This document shows, one piece after another, positions 1-15,100 of a DNA stretch of 64,000 bases. Both the position numbers and the translations under genes were made by a program. Numbering within the stretch: position 1 is the stretch's first letter; each line of letters begins with the position of its first letter. The DNA is taken from NCBI GenBank assembly GCA_053919585.1, contig CM132791.1; one strand, written 5' to 3'. Under the pieces are notes generated by a model. That model did no database searches. It was given only the letters and a program-made list of their open reading frames with translations, and had not been told where the DNA came from. Source of the stretch: Euprymna scolopes (Eukaryota).

Positions 1-509
1 GGTGTGAGCAACCTGGGAATCCATCAAGCAGACACCTTATGTATATGCAAATGGTCATGAATGATAGTTTCCACAGACCCTGTACTAATCTTGACATCTT
101 GGGTCATTTGGCGAATAGTAATGCGCGGATCTTCCAAAATGGCAGCCTCAAATTGACGGACAGATACCTCATCAATGGCAGAAGGGGGGGGACCAGGTCT
201 GGAAGCTGTTTCCACAGACTTTCGGCCAAGTTTGAATTCCCAATGCCAGCGTTTTAAAGTCATATGATGGGACATTATCACCATAAGTTTCTTTCATTTC
301 CTGTGGTGTGCGTCCTTTCAAAGACAAAAACCGGATCACTGTTCGACATTCAACAGGCTCCATTTCACACCTGACTCAGTTCAAACACTAGTTCAGAGTT
401 GTAATTTGCCTCATAACCCGTAAAGATATAAATCATTGCACATGCCAAATTTCAGCTAGATCAGCCAACTGAAAGTTGGTCAGAGGCATTACTTATTGCG
501 CGCCCCTCG
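1..509 (-). mobile_element. Mariner-family DNA transposon, 5' part, frameshifted transposase relic (continues beyond window start)
   Basis: Overlapping ORFs 172-363 (MEPVECRTVIRFLSLKGRTPQEMKETYGDNVPSY) and 24-284 (WHWEFKLGRKSVETASRPGPP...ILEDPRITIRQM...STGSVETIIHDHLHIHKVSA) resemble the mariner N-terminal HTH domains. Minus-strand terminus TA|CGAGGGGCGCGCAATAAGT at 491-511 is a typical mariner end. Confidence 0.85.
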
Positions 510-2925
510 TAATAGGGAATGAACACACTACCTATATAAATTAACCGTAGATGTCTGCAAATATAAGGTTGTAGTTTCATATTTTGTCGATTAAGCACAT
601 TTAATATTTCACATTAAAAAGCCGATGAATACAGAAAAAAAGGAGAGTACAAATTAGGAACCGGATTAGAGAAATAATTAGAAAGATAGTTGTAGCAAGT
701 ACTGTCTCTCTCGCGATTTTTTTTAATCAGAGAGAACGTTTGTTTCGTATAAACTATGTGTAATACTTATAATTATACTTAGTATACGAGACTAAAACAA
801 TATGATATGGAGTACAGCCGGCAGGTCTATAGATACACCGGACTCAGTATTTAAAATCAGTTTAATGTTGACACCTCAGTCAATATTTCGAAATATCCTG
901 TTTGAGCAGATTCTACAGTGACAGGAGTATTCTCGTGAGAGACTTATAAGCTTTCTATATTAACGATGAATTGAAAGCGAATGCTTTTGCTTGAGACATC
1001 TTCACTAGAAAATTGCTGTATAGAGCCAACCTACTCCCCCTGTCTTGTTTGATTTTTTTACAGAGACGGCCTTCCAAAAATCTATCCTCGCTAGGTCTAA
1101 GAACTTTCTTTACATTCAGTATAGTAACCTTTCTAATAACTCTATTTATTTAAGTATTTTCATTTTTCAGAGTGTTACACCGTTCACAAACCTGACAAAA
1201 AACAGTACAGAGCGTGAAGTTTATCATGCCTTATATATATCTGGTTACCTACAGTGCCGTGTGTTGCATGTTGAAACTCAGGAAACTTTAAGCAGAAAAA
1301 AAAGTTTTGGAGTAAAAAGAGAAATTCCAGGCAATACCAAACAGTCACGGAAAGATAATGACAAAAGAAGACCTGGTTTTTCACCTTTGATGTAAATGTG
1401 TCCCGATATTTAAACTCTAGCCCAAAAGGAAAGGTTACTACAAACTAGACAGTGAGCCAATGAATGAGATATGCGCTATATACTAGCGACTATTCGGTTC
1501 AAGCATACTATCATCAAATTGAGAATAAAATTATAAGATTACAGAGTTAGAGCTTGGGTAGAAGCAGGCATTCTACTCTCTAGTGTCATTCCTCGATGCC
1601 ATTTTCCAATAAAGGAAATTTACAAGGAATATATATTTCGCAAGCTACCCCAAACCGAAAATGTCTACCAATCATGGTGGATGCGATACAACACAACGCA
1701 TTAACTAATGAGTGACCTGAATCAACATCCTTGTACTCTGTTGATCCACAAAAACAACAAAAAAAATTGAGTTTTAATTCGATTATGACTTAAGGTTATC
1801 TAACTGAGAATTAATTGCTATGTATTATAACTCGGCTTAATGATAAACTTTAACATGACTTTAATATTCACATCTGAGGCGATGATTTGGGTTCTGCCCA
1901 TCGTAGAGACTAGCAGCCAATTACACTCAGCATCTTATATGAGTTTAACATTGAAAAAAAAGTCGGTCATGTCTCAAATTTCATGTATAGACCTGGTATG
2001 CGTGATAACACTAACCAACATAGAATATGCTTGGTGCGTAGTAGAGATGCTGCAGTTCTTCGTAAAATACAATTATAACGTTACGTTTTACAATAGTTTA
2101 TTGTTCACTTCTGTGTAGGCGTATTACACATAGAATTGCCAATGGGTTTTGACTTTTATCCAGTCACGGCTGAGGAATGATTTGTGCCCACGTTGTGTTT
2201 ATAAAAGATTTCGCACGCAATTCCGTAAAGATCCTTGAGCTGGGCAGGAAGATTTGCTGACTTGCTAAATCCTAATAATCAACCAACTATAGCGTTTCTG
2301 TTTAAGTTAATCACAACTGAAACAGTAAAATAAAGCAAATCACTGTGTTATACAGAATATTGAAGGATGACAATCTTGATCGAAATAAAATAACCTCCGT
2401 ATATGCAAAATCAACATAATTAAGAGAAGTCAAATCTATTTTTAAGCAAGTGAAATCCTCCAGAACTGATTCGAAAATACAAAGAAACCACAGTAGAATA
2501 ACATCTTAACTTTCAACTCTGGAATCGAAGAGGAGCTAGCGCCACAAAACCATTGCCGCTGTGATGTCTCCACTTGGCCTTGTGCTATACATTAGCAAAG
2601 CTTAGTAAGTTATCAGAATTTTTATGATGTATTAATGTTTCGATGATTATGACGCTGAATGAAATATCTTTTATTAAAGTCACGGCGGCGTTTTATAATG
2701 ATAATAATTATACGTTTGACTTGTAATTATATACCATTATTAGTCACGGTAGAAGTTAGAGGCGTTGTAATCACGAATACGAGAAAAGCGCGTCACATTC
2801 AATGTCAATATGTTCTTTGATGCCATTCCTTAATTAATATATCTACCTATCTATCCATCTAAACCTAAATATATATTTTACACATTATCATGCAGACATA
2901 TCCAATTACACGCCGTGTGATCATA

Positions 2926-2968
<43 letters not shown>

Positions 2969-3014
2969 ATGAATATATATTTGTGTATAAACGTATATAT
3001 ACATGTGTGTATGC

Positions 3015-3049
<35 letters not shown>

Positions 3050-3758
3050 ATTGTCGGCATGTATATATGCATACAAAAATATATGAATAGTTATATTTAT
3101 ATATATAATCCTATATCTATATGTGTATATATGTATATAATTATATAAAGCGCATATTTTATATTCATTNNNNNNNNNNNNNNNNNNNNNNNNNNNNNNN
3201 NNNNNNNNNNNNNNNNNNNNNNNNNNNNNNNNNNNNNNNNNNNNNNNNNNNNNNNNNNNNNNNNNNNNNNNNNNNNNNNNNNNNNNNNNNNNNNNNNNNN
3301 NNNNNNNNNNNNNNNACAAACACGCATATATGCATGCAATGTATACACTTCAAAATATATATGAATATATAGGCATACNNNNNNNNNNNNNNNNNNNNNN
3401 NNNNNNNNNNNNNNNNNNNNNNNNNNNNNNNNNNNNNNNNNNNNNNNNNNNNNNNNNNNNNNNNNNNNNNNNNNNNNNNNNNNNNNNNNNNNNNNNNNNN
3501 NNNNNNNNNNTCGATAGCGTTGTCTCTATTGGTTTGCCATTTTTTTTCCGGTATTTTTCGCAAGTTCATCGTGCAATCCAATGACACAGATTGTCCCCTC
3601 TCAACCGTTCCCCTTCCTCTTTTTCCATACTCACCTTCACTTCACGATTATTCTTCCTGATCTTAACTATGCCTTCCTCTCCTCTCCACTTTCCACACTC
3701 TTTCACGCTTTTTCCAAAATGGCCGCACTGATTGATAGCACAGCGTGTAAATCCTTAC

Positions 3759-3992
3759 CCTGTAATCTCGAAGTCTTCAATGCGCTCCCGTTTGTCGTTA
3801 GCACCGGCTTTTCGCGCCTCTTTTTCAGCCTCTCCAATTAGACTCTCTTGATATGTGTTAGTTAGCGGCGGGTTTCTTGCCCTCTTTTTCTTTACTTGCC
3901 GTGCATCTTCTCTGGAGTATGTCAGAAATAGCGGGCGAAATGTCCCCCTGTGCCACGGTCCTTTACCTCTCGTCATTTGCTAATTTTATTGT
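3759..3992 (-). other. Candidate exon of an unidentified host transcript (contains ORF 3976-3755)
   Basis: Acceptor TTTTTATTTTCATTAAACAG at 3993 and donor GG|GTAAGG at 3758, inside a GC-richer non-repetitive island. The 73-aa ORF ends at the donor. No recognisable protein family. Confidence 0.25.
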
Positions 3993-4489
3993 CTGTTTAA
4001 TGAAAATAAAAACAATTTGTCCCTCATATTAATAACAGAACCCAAAACTGTATAATACGGTTATTCGAATACAAGTTGCTCTGCGATTTGCAAAAGGCGA
4101 GGAAAATTGTATGCTGACGTCTTGCCGACAGTATTAATGAGTAAACTAACTCTAAAAATACGAGTTTTTTGGACAACGACCTACGATATTTTTTTTACAA
4201 GTGTTCTTCACTAGGGCTACGACAAGAGATTATTCTTTTCTTATTTTGACTCTCGAGTATATATCAGTTAATATCTTATATGCTTTTTGATAGAGTCATA
4301 TTGGTCCCCGATTTATTAACTGTGTTTAACTGGATCGGATATATCAAAACAATGGCAAGAATATCCTTTTTCACAGCCCTAGTCATCACTTATGAAAACC
4401 CGTAGGACCATCGAGAATAAGTCTTAATGACTGTACGCTCATCTCCGAAACAGCAGCGTAGTAGACGTAAGTGCTGAAAAGTGGGTAAA

Positions 4490-4895
4490 TTTGCTTATTA
4501 AAGGAGACAGCTCAACAAGAATTCATTTACATCTGACTTGAAGACGACCATATTGTATTCAGTTGTAAAGCAGGATTAGGTAATAGAATTCAAAAAGCGC
4601 GCAGTTCTAAGAAAAAAAAGCTCGGTTCATGGAATTCGCGTTTAGGTTTAGACACAGGTAGAGAGTAAGAGAAGCTGGTAACATAATTGTTAGCCAGACA
4701 AGAGATACTTTGAAATTTGGCAACATCAATTGACGCTCAGGCAAGCAATTTCCATGTAAATTACGATAAAGTAGAGACAGTATCGCAATTTCGACTCTGT
4801 AAGAAAGTGGCTGAAGGGAAGAGAATAGGGTGTCGCCTCCTAGATTTCGAAGCCGGTTTTGAACTCTGTCAAACACGACACGGTACTTCTAGCAG
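4490..4895 (-). mobile_element. CR1/L2-group LINE 3' fragment (degraded)
   Basis: ORF 4607-4876 DRVQNRLRNLGGDTLFSSLQPLSYR... is homologous to the better-preserved copy at 30633-31154. Confidence 0.85.
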
Positions 4896-6784
4896 GCCCT
4901 GCTCAGATCGAAAATCCGTTGTGTATATAGGTTGGGAAGTGTCCGCACACGCATATTCTCAATTTAATAGATATACTAAAAGATGTAGGGGTATTGTTCC
5001 GCATTAAACGTAACGTTAAATCCATTTTTAAAACTTCCAATAAAAAAGAAACGGAAAGAAACTGAGACATGAGCATGTTTGTTTTCTTATCAGTTCACTT
5101 CTTGTAAGAAAAAAAAACATTCAGAACAAAGCTCAAACTTTAAGACGGAGAGGAGAATACGATAACCATTGAAAAAACAATGTAAACGATCTTTAGAAAC
5201 TGTTTTCAAATCCCGTGAAGGTTTTTACAAACACATACAACCCCGATGACTACCAATTACCAAATGTTCAATTTGGACGACTTAGCAGCGTTTTTTTTTT
5301 TTTTACCGGATGAAAACCGATTACAAATTGTTCCACATGTCTGAATACCCTATATACCAAATATCAAGTTTGTAGATCAAATATTCGTGGCGAGTATCGG
5401 TTGAGAAGTTTCCTCATATACATATTCTCACTTTTATACATATATTGATTAATTGAATTATTAAATTAATCGCATTTTAAAAAACACCGTTTCGGATCAG
5501 TTAAATTCTCTATTGTAGAAAATCGCTTTTTTATGACAATTATGATGAGTCCTTTCTATATCTGTTTTCAGTGTCTAGGTAACTAGTCATTTATGTACGC
5601 TTTCTATTCGGTACATTTACCTTTTCTGTTTTCCCTCATTAATTGCGCGAGAAGTACATTATAACTCATTCATAGATCATCTAAAAAATAATGCGTATAA
5701 TACATAAACTCTTCATACACATATCGTAGTTGCAATACTTTATATTTTAATTTAACAAATGGTTACCTTTAACATTTTTCAAGTAACTTATTTGGGAGTT
5801 CTTACTCGCAATCAGTTATTTTCTCATATAAATTGTGACGGAAATGATTTGCGTTATTTTAAACTATCGGGGTGTGGTATTCTGGCCTCGCTGGGTCGTA
5901 TAATTGTCTTAAATGTATTTTAATTGCTGTTATTCATTATCTGAATCTAAAAGTAATTCCCTGTTATATTTCATAGTTGACCATATATAAATTAATGATT
6001 TTAATTATTTAAACTGACTTGTATGCAATCAGCAAGAATCGACACCAAATCATTTAGCGCTCCAGTCCCGTTCCCTAGTGTTGGGGATACAACCCGATAA
6101 TTGAAAAAAAAATACTTAAAATTGAACGACTTCTAGCTATGAGTTAATTTACACATGCGCAAAACTAATAGGAAATATCGGCACATTAAAATAAACAGTT
6201 TGCACCTTAACCTGCTGACATATTTTTGTATGCATTATTTATCCACCCAAACAAATATGTTATTCCTTATAACCCATCTTTTTGGAAGAGTACTATTTCT
6301 TCTTATTTAAAGTGTTATGTGGTCAGTAGTTTAAATGGTTTTCGATTAAATCTTAACAAATAGACATACACATAGAGCCAAACATACATTTACTGTAATA
6401 TTTACGTAGAGTATGTGTCTTAATTAAATGCACTTTAAGTGTGTTTTATTAATTGCATTGCATTTTTTTTATTCCAGTCACTATTGGATAAATGAATGCA
6501 ATATAGCTTTTTATTCAAGAAGTTTTTTTTTTAAGGTCTTCAAGTTCGTAGAACTTTTCATACTAAGTGTTTTTTTTTCAACCTATACATTTAATCTTTT
6601 TAACCCAATTACCAATGAGAAACTCTCGTATTGGAGATCATCGTTCGTATTATTTAGTTTTTAGTTAAGCTTCTTCCCGACGTGTCTGGAGCGATTTCGA
6701 TAAAAAAATATAGTAAAAATATGAAGTCGAAAAATGTATATTTTCATAGGGATTATTATCCCTCTTGAAAATCCATGATTCATC

Positions 6785-6905
6785 AATTAATCTAAATGAT
6801 GCACAGAATACTTAATTAATAATAATTAATTAATCTAAATAATAAACAGAATACTTAATTCTTAATTAATAATGAATTAATCTAAATAATAAACAGAATA
6901 CTTAA
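6785..6905. repeat. Minisatellite, about 45-bp unit x3
   Basis: AATTAATCTAAATAATAAACAGAATACTTAA-like unit starts at about 6785, 6828 and 6875. Confidence 0.8.
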
Positions 6906-8924
6906 ACTGAACATTAAAATACGCGTCTTTGTCTATTGATATACAGCTTAACAATTTGTATCTTGTTTAAATATTTAAGTTACTGTTGCCATTTGATATG
7001 TTATTATCTCAACTGTCCGGTCGATGTAACATAAGACATTGGTTAATTGAGCTTTGTCGAAGTGAGGAGACATTATTTAGAATTCTGGGAATTGTACGGC
7101 ATGCCAAACCGAAGCATTTATTTAATATATGCGGGTATCGTGATCTCGTTCTGTCAGATATGACCAATTAAAACATGTGTCGCAATTGTGTAATTAGTAT
7201 TGTCCGTAATGACCATTGAACTTTCAACACCTAATAAGATTATCATTTAGGAGTAATTATATATTTAGCACTTGTATCCGTTATGTTATCAATTTTTGCG
7301 GTCATGGCTTACGGAACGAAAGCAAAATACACTTGTGGATTATGTAAATGGCGTGGTCTGAAATTTAGTGCATGTTAACGATTTTGATTTAAATATACAT
7401 GAATTCAATTAGACGCTCTTGGAAACTCGGAGATTGTATCTGCCTAAACGTGGTGTAAGTAAAACCAACGCTGAGAAAGGTAGATTAAATAAAGTAATGC
7501 AAATTATACTTAGATAGTTTAGAAAGTTATATGACATTTCAGATTAAACCACTACATAATATATAATTTTAAAAAATCAGATGTTTTATGAAATTGTCAT
7601 AGTTGTGAAATATAAAAAAAAATATTCGGATGCATATCCGGATTAAGCAGCAAATTTTTAGTAAAACATATCTTAAAATATGCATTATAAAGAAAAACGT
7701 TCAGGAAACGTAATGTAATGCCAGTCAAGCTGTTTTATCGCCCAGATACATTTAAAAAATCTTTGTGAATCAATGTATTTTCTGAAATTTACAACCGCAA
7801 AATATATATTACATTAACGCCAGTCTACAGAAATATTCGCTCGCCTTAGAACTCGACATGATAAGCAAATTAGCAATGTAAGTCTTCGAAGAGATACTTT
7901 CATGATGAAATCTCAACCGGCTCCAAAGTAACTGTTAGCGCTGTCCTACTTTAAAAAATATATCTGTAAAACTGCAAAACACCACGAGGTCGTAGAGCGT
8001 TTCAATAAAGCTCTTACGATGAGAAAAACCTAACTACATTATTGTAATCTTCAGCAGAGCCGGACGATCCAAATACAGGCTTGCACAGTTAGATCATTCG
8101 CTTCATTTTTTAGACCGCAGTAATATGAAGCGCAGTACGCAATTGTCCACTAAGGCAGATAGATTCCAACAAGACAATTATGAATACTGGGAGACGCAAA
8201 AATAAGTATGTGTTAAAGAAGGTCAATCTTCTTTAGAGTGACTGCTCATCACGGTAAACAAGATAACTGATTATGATAGGCTTAGAGCAATAATAAATGT
8301 GACTTCGGACATCCATATGATTAAGGAAAAGATGCATTACTTATTAAAGAAATTAATACACTTATATTGAATTGCATATTAAAATATACTTGTTTGTAAC
8401 GACAATATTTAAGTATATTAATGAAGAAATATATTATACGTGGAAAAATAAAGTTCTAGGCGAAAGGATCCAACTGTTGAAAGGAAGAAACTATACTGTA
8501 GCTCTTCCCCTAAGGGACATTTCTTATATAGATGAGATATTATTCTTGAGGATGAAACTAAAGCATGCGTGATATTGACAAAATATTTATCGTCTATCAT
8601 ATAACAATAATATATGGTCCTCATGTGGTGAGGTTTGCTGAAACAGCGTAAATAATTCTATTTCGTTACATTTTAATCGTAGTAGAATTTGTAATAAACC
8701 GATTTGATATTTTTCTAGTTTATTTTTATTATTAATATATTGTATTAATCTAGAGTTTGATCACGTGATCCAAGGGAGCAAGTTGTTCAAACACGGCCGC
8801 ATTTTCTCGAAAAATTAATCTGAAACTGAAACATATCACGTCATAAATCTTTAAATTCATTGAATGACTAAAAAATGTGTATATATATATATATATATAT
8901 ATACATATAGAGATAGAGATAGAG

Positions 8925-8958
<34 letters not shown>

Positions 8959-9125
8959 GATTTACTTTTATGAAAGTAATAATATTCAATAAAAAATAAT
9001 TAAAAAAATAATAAACACAATAATACGTTCTAAAATGTGGGGGGAAAAATGTAAACAAAAGGCAGATAAAGCACTGAGGGAGCGGAAAGAAAGAAAACAG
9101 AATCTCTAATAAAAGATAAATCAAC

Positions 9126-9189
<64 letters not shown>

Positions 9190-11373
9190 TGTAACGATTT
9201 CTTTTTCCTCTACTTAACCACTGTGTATCTATTTATTTAACTTATTTTTAATTTTTTCAACTTGATGTTTTTTGTTTAGTTTTGGTTTTGTCTCAGTTTT
9301 TTTCGTATCCCTATGTCGTCCTTCTCTTCCATCTAAGGTGTTCGATATATTCTTACAAATATATTTCATTTCTCNNNNNNNNNNNNNNNNNNNNNNNNNN
9401 NNNNNNNNNNNNNNNNNNNNNNNNNNNNNNNNNNNNNNNNNNNNNNNNNNNNNNNNNNNNNNNNNNNNNNNNNNNNNNNNNNNNNNNNNNNNNNNNNNNN
9501 NNNNNNTAATAAGTGGCGCGCTTATTAGATTAAGCTCAGGAATTGGTAAGCAGATTCTCGGACACCTCACATCTATTGCTTCCCCTTTTCAAGTTAAAAG
9601 AAAATGTGAACGCTAAAGATAAACAATTATTGGAAAATTTCCATTATGAAACATTAGGACAACCGTAGACGGATATTCAGAAAATAATATTAAAGATAAG
9701 AAAGCAAATGACACTTGTTGCTATATAATCTGTGGCTGGCATTTATTACAAGGATGCTGGAGAACAGTATTCTATTGATTCTTACTTTTTAGATATGGAG
9801 CTCATTATTTAACAAAGACATGCGTCATAAAATAATTAACCTCTATAAATACTAGGGTTTATATTTACCGACCAAAGATTGTGTTTCCTTATTACTTCTG
9901 GTCATATTAAATGAATCCCCTTGGAAGAAGTCACCCATCGTCGTGTGCTCTCAATGAGAATTTGTATTATAGATCCAAACTTAAAGACATGTGTTTAACC
10001 TGTAGCTAAGCCAAAAAATATAAACCTGCTTTGAATTTGATATTTGATGCAGTTTTGAAATTATTTAAGGACCAGCTACTTTCTAATATTAAGTATCGCT
10101 TCCACATTCTAATATTGACAGCTCAGAGCTCTTGTTCCTATCTTGAAGGAATACTGAATCGACTTTGATATTTAACATTATCTTTTTCTGATTACTCCCT
10201 ATAAATTGGAGACGTTATTTTTATCGCCATTTCCGTAGAAGGAGCTCGACTGAACTCAAATATCTGGTTACCTCTTGCCAAAATCCACAACAACATTTTC
10301 TGTCTCTCACCATCGCAAAAAGATTTCCTTCTTCCATGTTTCTAGTGCCGAGCGAATTTTCCACGAACATGGCTTTTTTGCAATAAAGATGTTGACATGG
10401 TAGTACTTCTACTGAACTTACAACATAGTTTTCTACTTTGCCAATCACTAGTTGCGAGAGAATGTTCCCATACGTAATCCTATTTATCATCGTCAATTCT
10501 CTCCTGATATCCTTCATGTTATAACTGGCAATCTAGTAATCTTAAAAAATCCCTATGTTGTTAATTTAGTATAGCCTGGATAAATGATAACACATTTGTA
10601 AAAAGTATAAAACTTAAACTATGGAGAGGAAATACACACTTTTTTTAGATCACATTTTATTTCTATGTTAGATGATAAATGACAACAAATCAAAATCTGA
10701 AACATAAATGACACTTAACAGTAAAACATTTCAACTAAAAATATACGTGTCGAAAATGATGTCATATCTAGTTATGAGAAAGCAAGGAATTAACACATAG
10801 GGAAATTAGAAGGTGTAATTTTAAAAATGAGATTTTTTACGTGCAAAGAATAACTTGGATACAACTAGTATATTTGAAGTTATTGTCAAGAACACAGGAG
10901 TTACGTAGCAATCTTATCTTTTTTTTTAACGACAAGGCAGTGGTTCGACTAATAATAACGTTACATTTTGCAATTTCTTATACATTATAGGTCAATTTTT
11001 ATTTATCTTTTCAACGTGTATTTATTTCAGTGCCTAATACAGATGTGATATTGTTCATTTGTTTACGACATAGTTCACAGCCTGGGTGTCCCAAGTTTGA
11101 ACCCAGTTGTTTCTACAAACCTCACTTTCATTTAAGATGTTGGCAATCTGTTCTTAGTAGCTCTCGTTAGTTCCCAATATATTAACATAAAGAATTCTGA
11201 CAAAGCTAATATCGGAAAAACTAACGCTTACATGGGAATTCGTCTGTTATGAAGATTAATACCTAATAGATATAATTTGCTATTAAGCTTTGACAGAAAC
11301 GGGAATTTATGCTTCAGGAATGAAATAGCCATTGTTGTATATTATATATCTAGATTATCCCCTCTATCTATAC

Positions 11374-14300
11374 ATGGATTATCTCTTCTTTGATAATCTA
11401 AGCTATAAAATATGTACATTTCCGCTTGTCAAGTAGTAAGGTCCTTAATTGAATAAAAGATTACGAGACGGAATCTCTTGTGGTGCTTACATTACAATTT
11501 ATTCAATTAAGTATGAAACAATTCATGCTACTGCGGAAATTCACAACAGATCCAGTAAGCAATTCAGTCAACTAGTACTCAAATCATTGGCGAGAGACAG
11601 TTACAACTTTCATCGAGGTTCTACCTTCAGAAAGACAGGGACGTCCCATCAATAAGTGTGCGCTCCTAACCAACAGCGACACACACAGATAAAAATTCAC
11701 TTTGGTTGTTCAATGCCCGCATTGAAAATGTGTTTATAGGTGACAGCAAACAGTCTCACACAGTAAATAAAATTATCTTGGATTGCGAAAAAGCAATCGA
11801 TATACTGAGTGCTACACACATAAAGCCTATTATAGATATTTTCTAGAGACCTGCTTGCAACTTGCCGACAATTATCAGGCAAAACATTCCACCATTTCCT
11901 TAAGAGCCTTCGGACACTGGGCACAGGTTGTGCTCTCTGGCAATGACGGCATTAGAAGCCCAAGAGCAACACGTTTTGGACGTCTACAACAACGACTTCC
12001 GTAATGTTTAGGTAAGACAACGTCTTCTTGAGAATGGATCTGTTACACTTAGAGCAGCTTACGAGCAAGCCTATGCCTTCGAATGTGATATACAGTAGTC
12101 TAGTTCTTATTTAAAGCCAAGCAACGGGGGTGCCGCGCTAAACCCACCTGTTCCTATTGCGCTCTCTCATGACGATAGACCGACGAAGCTTCCAGAACAA
12201 TCGGTCACTGCCACTTTAAAAAGAGACGCCTGCTACTTTTTGATTCAATTACACTCCTACGAATTCGATGCCCTGCCAGAGGCTCTTGTTGCTATAAACG
12301 TGGAAAACCTGTATGCAAGTCTTCTAAAACCATATACAAGCCCACTCCTCAATTACATCTGCAACTTTAGCCACCTCCCTTGACTGCCTTCCAAAACTAT
12401 AGTAAAAGTAAAAACTAACGTGAGATCTACTAATGCACAGGAGTTCATAAAATTTTATCAAAGAAACCGTGGTAAAAACGAACAAAATTATTTGGTCCCC
12501 TCCCCTGGCAGAGTAACAAAATGGCAGCCGAGTCATTTTCTGCAGTGACTATTGTTTGGGGGACTTACTATTTGATGACGTCTCTTATAAAGCCACTAAA
12601 TCACTCGTAATGAAAATCCTTAGTTGCAAAATAATACTGGGACACGATATTTCGCAGCGATACATACAGATTAAAATTCCATTGGGCTGTTGGCCTGCAT
12701 GTGTGGATAGTCGACCGCAAAAATCCAGTACTCGTCACTTTTCAAAAACCTAACATAAAACTGTAAACCCATAGAAATGAGAAGGAGACGTGTATCTTAT
12801 AAGAATAAAATAAATAATTGAATCTGAGATAAAAAAGACCATTCGGGGAGTGTATATTTGAGCCTAGCAATTATCCCTGGAGGGTTCAAGTAGGAATAAT
12901 CATTTCTGAAAACTATTAAAAAGAGAATGGTTATATATTACTGCTAAACCATAAATAGATTTACTCTTTTGTACGCATTCCCACTACTCAGAATGAATTA
13001 AATTATAGGCGCAATGGCCAAATATCGTATGTTTAGCACTTTGAGCCGGAAAAGCACGTATTATCTGATCGCAATTAGATCTAGAGACAAGCTATATACA
13101 GCTTTTGAGGCGAACGGTTGACTATATCAGTTTCGCAGGATTTTTTTTTGTACGTTCCGAAAGGGCTAGTCAGCTTCCAAATGACAGTCGACTAAATCAT
13201 CACAGATGAGAAACTGGGAAGCACATTTGCGTACATTTACAGCGTTATAATAAAATATTTATGTCGCCATAATAAAAATGAAAATCTCAGATGGTTCATT
13301 TCTGCCGTCGACAAAAAAACGACGACAAATTCTCGTTTGGACTGGACGAAATAAACCTACTGGTGCATACCATAAGCAAAGGGTTTATTGCACCGGGCGC
13401 AAATCGATTGAAACTTTTACTCCATATGCTTGTTCCTCACAATCGGCTTTCCCTTCGACATGCTATGGACATCTTTGCTCACTACGTCCAAAGGATTGCA
13501 TCGTTTTTAGAAAAGACATATCCATTAACACAAGTCGAGATGTTTCCCCTGTCCCGTCAAGCCGTTGAGGCATTCGAGGAACTGAAAAAGTATACTGCGA
13601 CATCAACAATTACAACAATAGACCAAAATATTCCTCTGTTATTGAAACGGATGCATCAGACTGTGCTATTTCTCCTTCTTTAAGACAAGCAGATTGTCTT
13701 GTAGCTTTTTTCAATGATTCTCTCTCGGGCCGAACGATGAGACCCCGCAATTGAAAAGGAAGTCTACGCCATGGTCGAGGCATTAAGAAAATGACGGTAC
13801 TACGTAATAGGCCGCCATATTAAACTTATTTTTGACCAATACTAAGTAGCTTTTATGTTCAACTCTAAGACTACAAGCAAAATAAAAAAAATGAGAAAAT
13901 AGCGATGTGGAGAATTGAACTATTTTCTTTCTCCTTTGACGTCAGCTACCGACCCGGCAAGGAGAACTTAACAACTTATACACTGTCAAGAGTTTTATGT
14001 ACGGCCTAAAACAGGGACGCTCCGAACGCTACATAACAATCTATGCCAGCAGAGGATTACTCGACTGGTTCATGCCGAGAGGTATAAAAACTTGCTTTTC
14101 TCAGTGAACCATGTAAAAAGAATTACAAATTCCTGTCGAACGTGTGCAGTAATAAATCCTCGGTTTTATAAGCCTAAAACGAGTGTTGTAATGAAAACAA
14201 CACAACCGTTATATATTAACTGCTGTCGACAAATATTCAGTGTTTCTTTTGCCTTCCCTTGGTCAGACATATCGGCTACTACAATTATACAATGCTTCTA

Positions 14301-15100
14301 TTCACACTTCGTTGTCTTTTGAGTTCTTGCCTGTATACATTCGGACATTATGTTTTCTTTCAGGTTAGAACAGTTTTCCGCAATTTTTACAAGAACAAAG
14401 AGTAGTTATAAGCCAAGCAACTGCTTACAAGCCTAATGAAAATGATCAATGCGAAAGATATAACGGCATTATTTAGGATACCGTTAATTGGCCGCATCAA
14501 ATAATGAATGTTCGATTGATAATTATGAAAATCTCCTTCCTGTCGCATTATACGCCATTCGATCCCTATTGTGTACCGTCACGTATGCCACCTCGACACG
14601 ACAGATTTTTCCTTTTTCAGCCACGGCATTCGGCTGGAGTTTCGCATTCATCTCGACTCTCTCGATCCGATACTGTTGTTCTGACGACATGCACATTACA
14701 CCAAACACGATCCTTTGGTGGACGATATAGAGCTCACAGAGGTGAACGCTCAGTACGCTCTAGTACGACAAGCAAATGGTAGAGAGTCTAATGTGTCTGT
14801 CAGAGACCTAGCACCTGCCGGAGACGTACCAGGTTTGAGGACAACCTCTGAGGACAGATCAACTCCCCTGACACTGAAGCCCCTTCGGAAGATCATGCCA
14901 CTGAAATTGCTGTCGACACGTTGACTAATGACACCATCAAACACTTCGGATGGGCCAACACTGAATTTCTGCCAGATGAAGCACTAGCACCGAAAAAACG
15001 TGTTCATCAAGAGATTGACTCTAACGCGAAACGGCCTGCTTCCCTGAGACGGAAACGTTTCAGAGCGAGGTATTGAAAAGCCCACAGACAGCTTTTATAT
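11374..15100 (+). mobile_element. Ty3/Gypsy LTR retrotransposon internal region, heavily degraded gag-pol
   Basis: Broken frames show gag VRQRLLENG plus a zinc-knuckle relic (~12010-12320); RT EPSNYPWRVQV...TINRFTLLYAFPL...DKLYTAFEANG (~12860-13150); RNase H ETDASD...AIEKEVYAMVEALRK (~13640-13840); and integrase zinc finger/core VKRITNSCRTCAVINPRFYKP...ENDQCERYNGII (~14030-14600). The order RT-RH-INT is Gypsy-type. No flanking LTRs recognised. Confidence 0.9.

Noticed and set aside
3756-3778. TACCCTGTAATCTCGAAGTC resembles the 5' end of miR-10/miR-993
   Set aside because: Only the first ~9 nt match and no complementary arm for a pre-miRNA hairpin is nearby.
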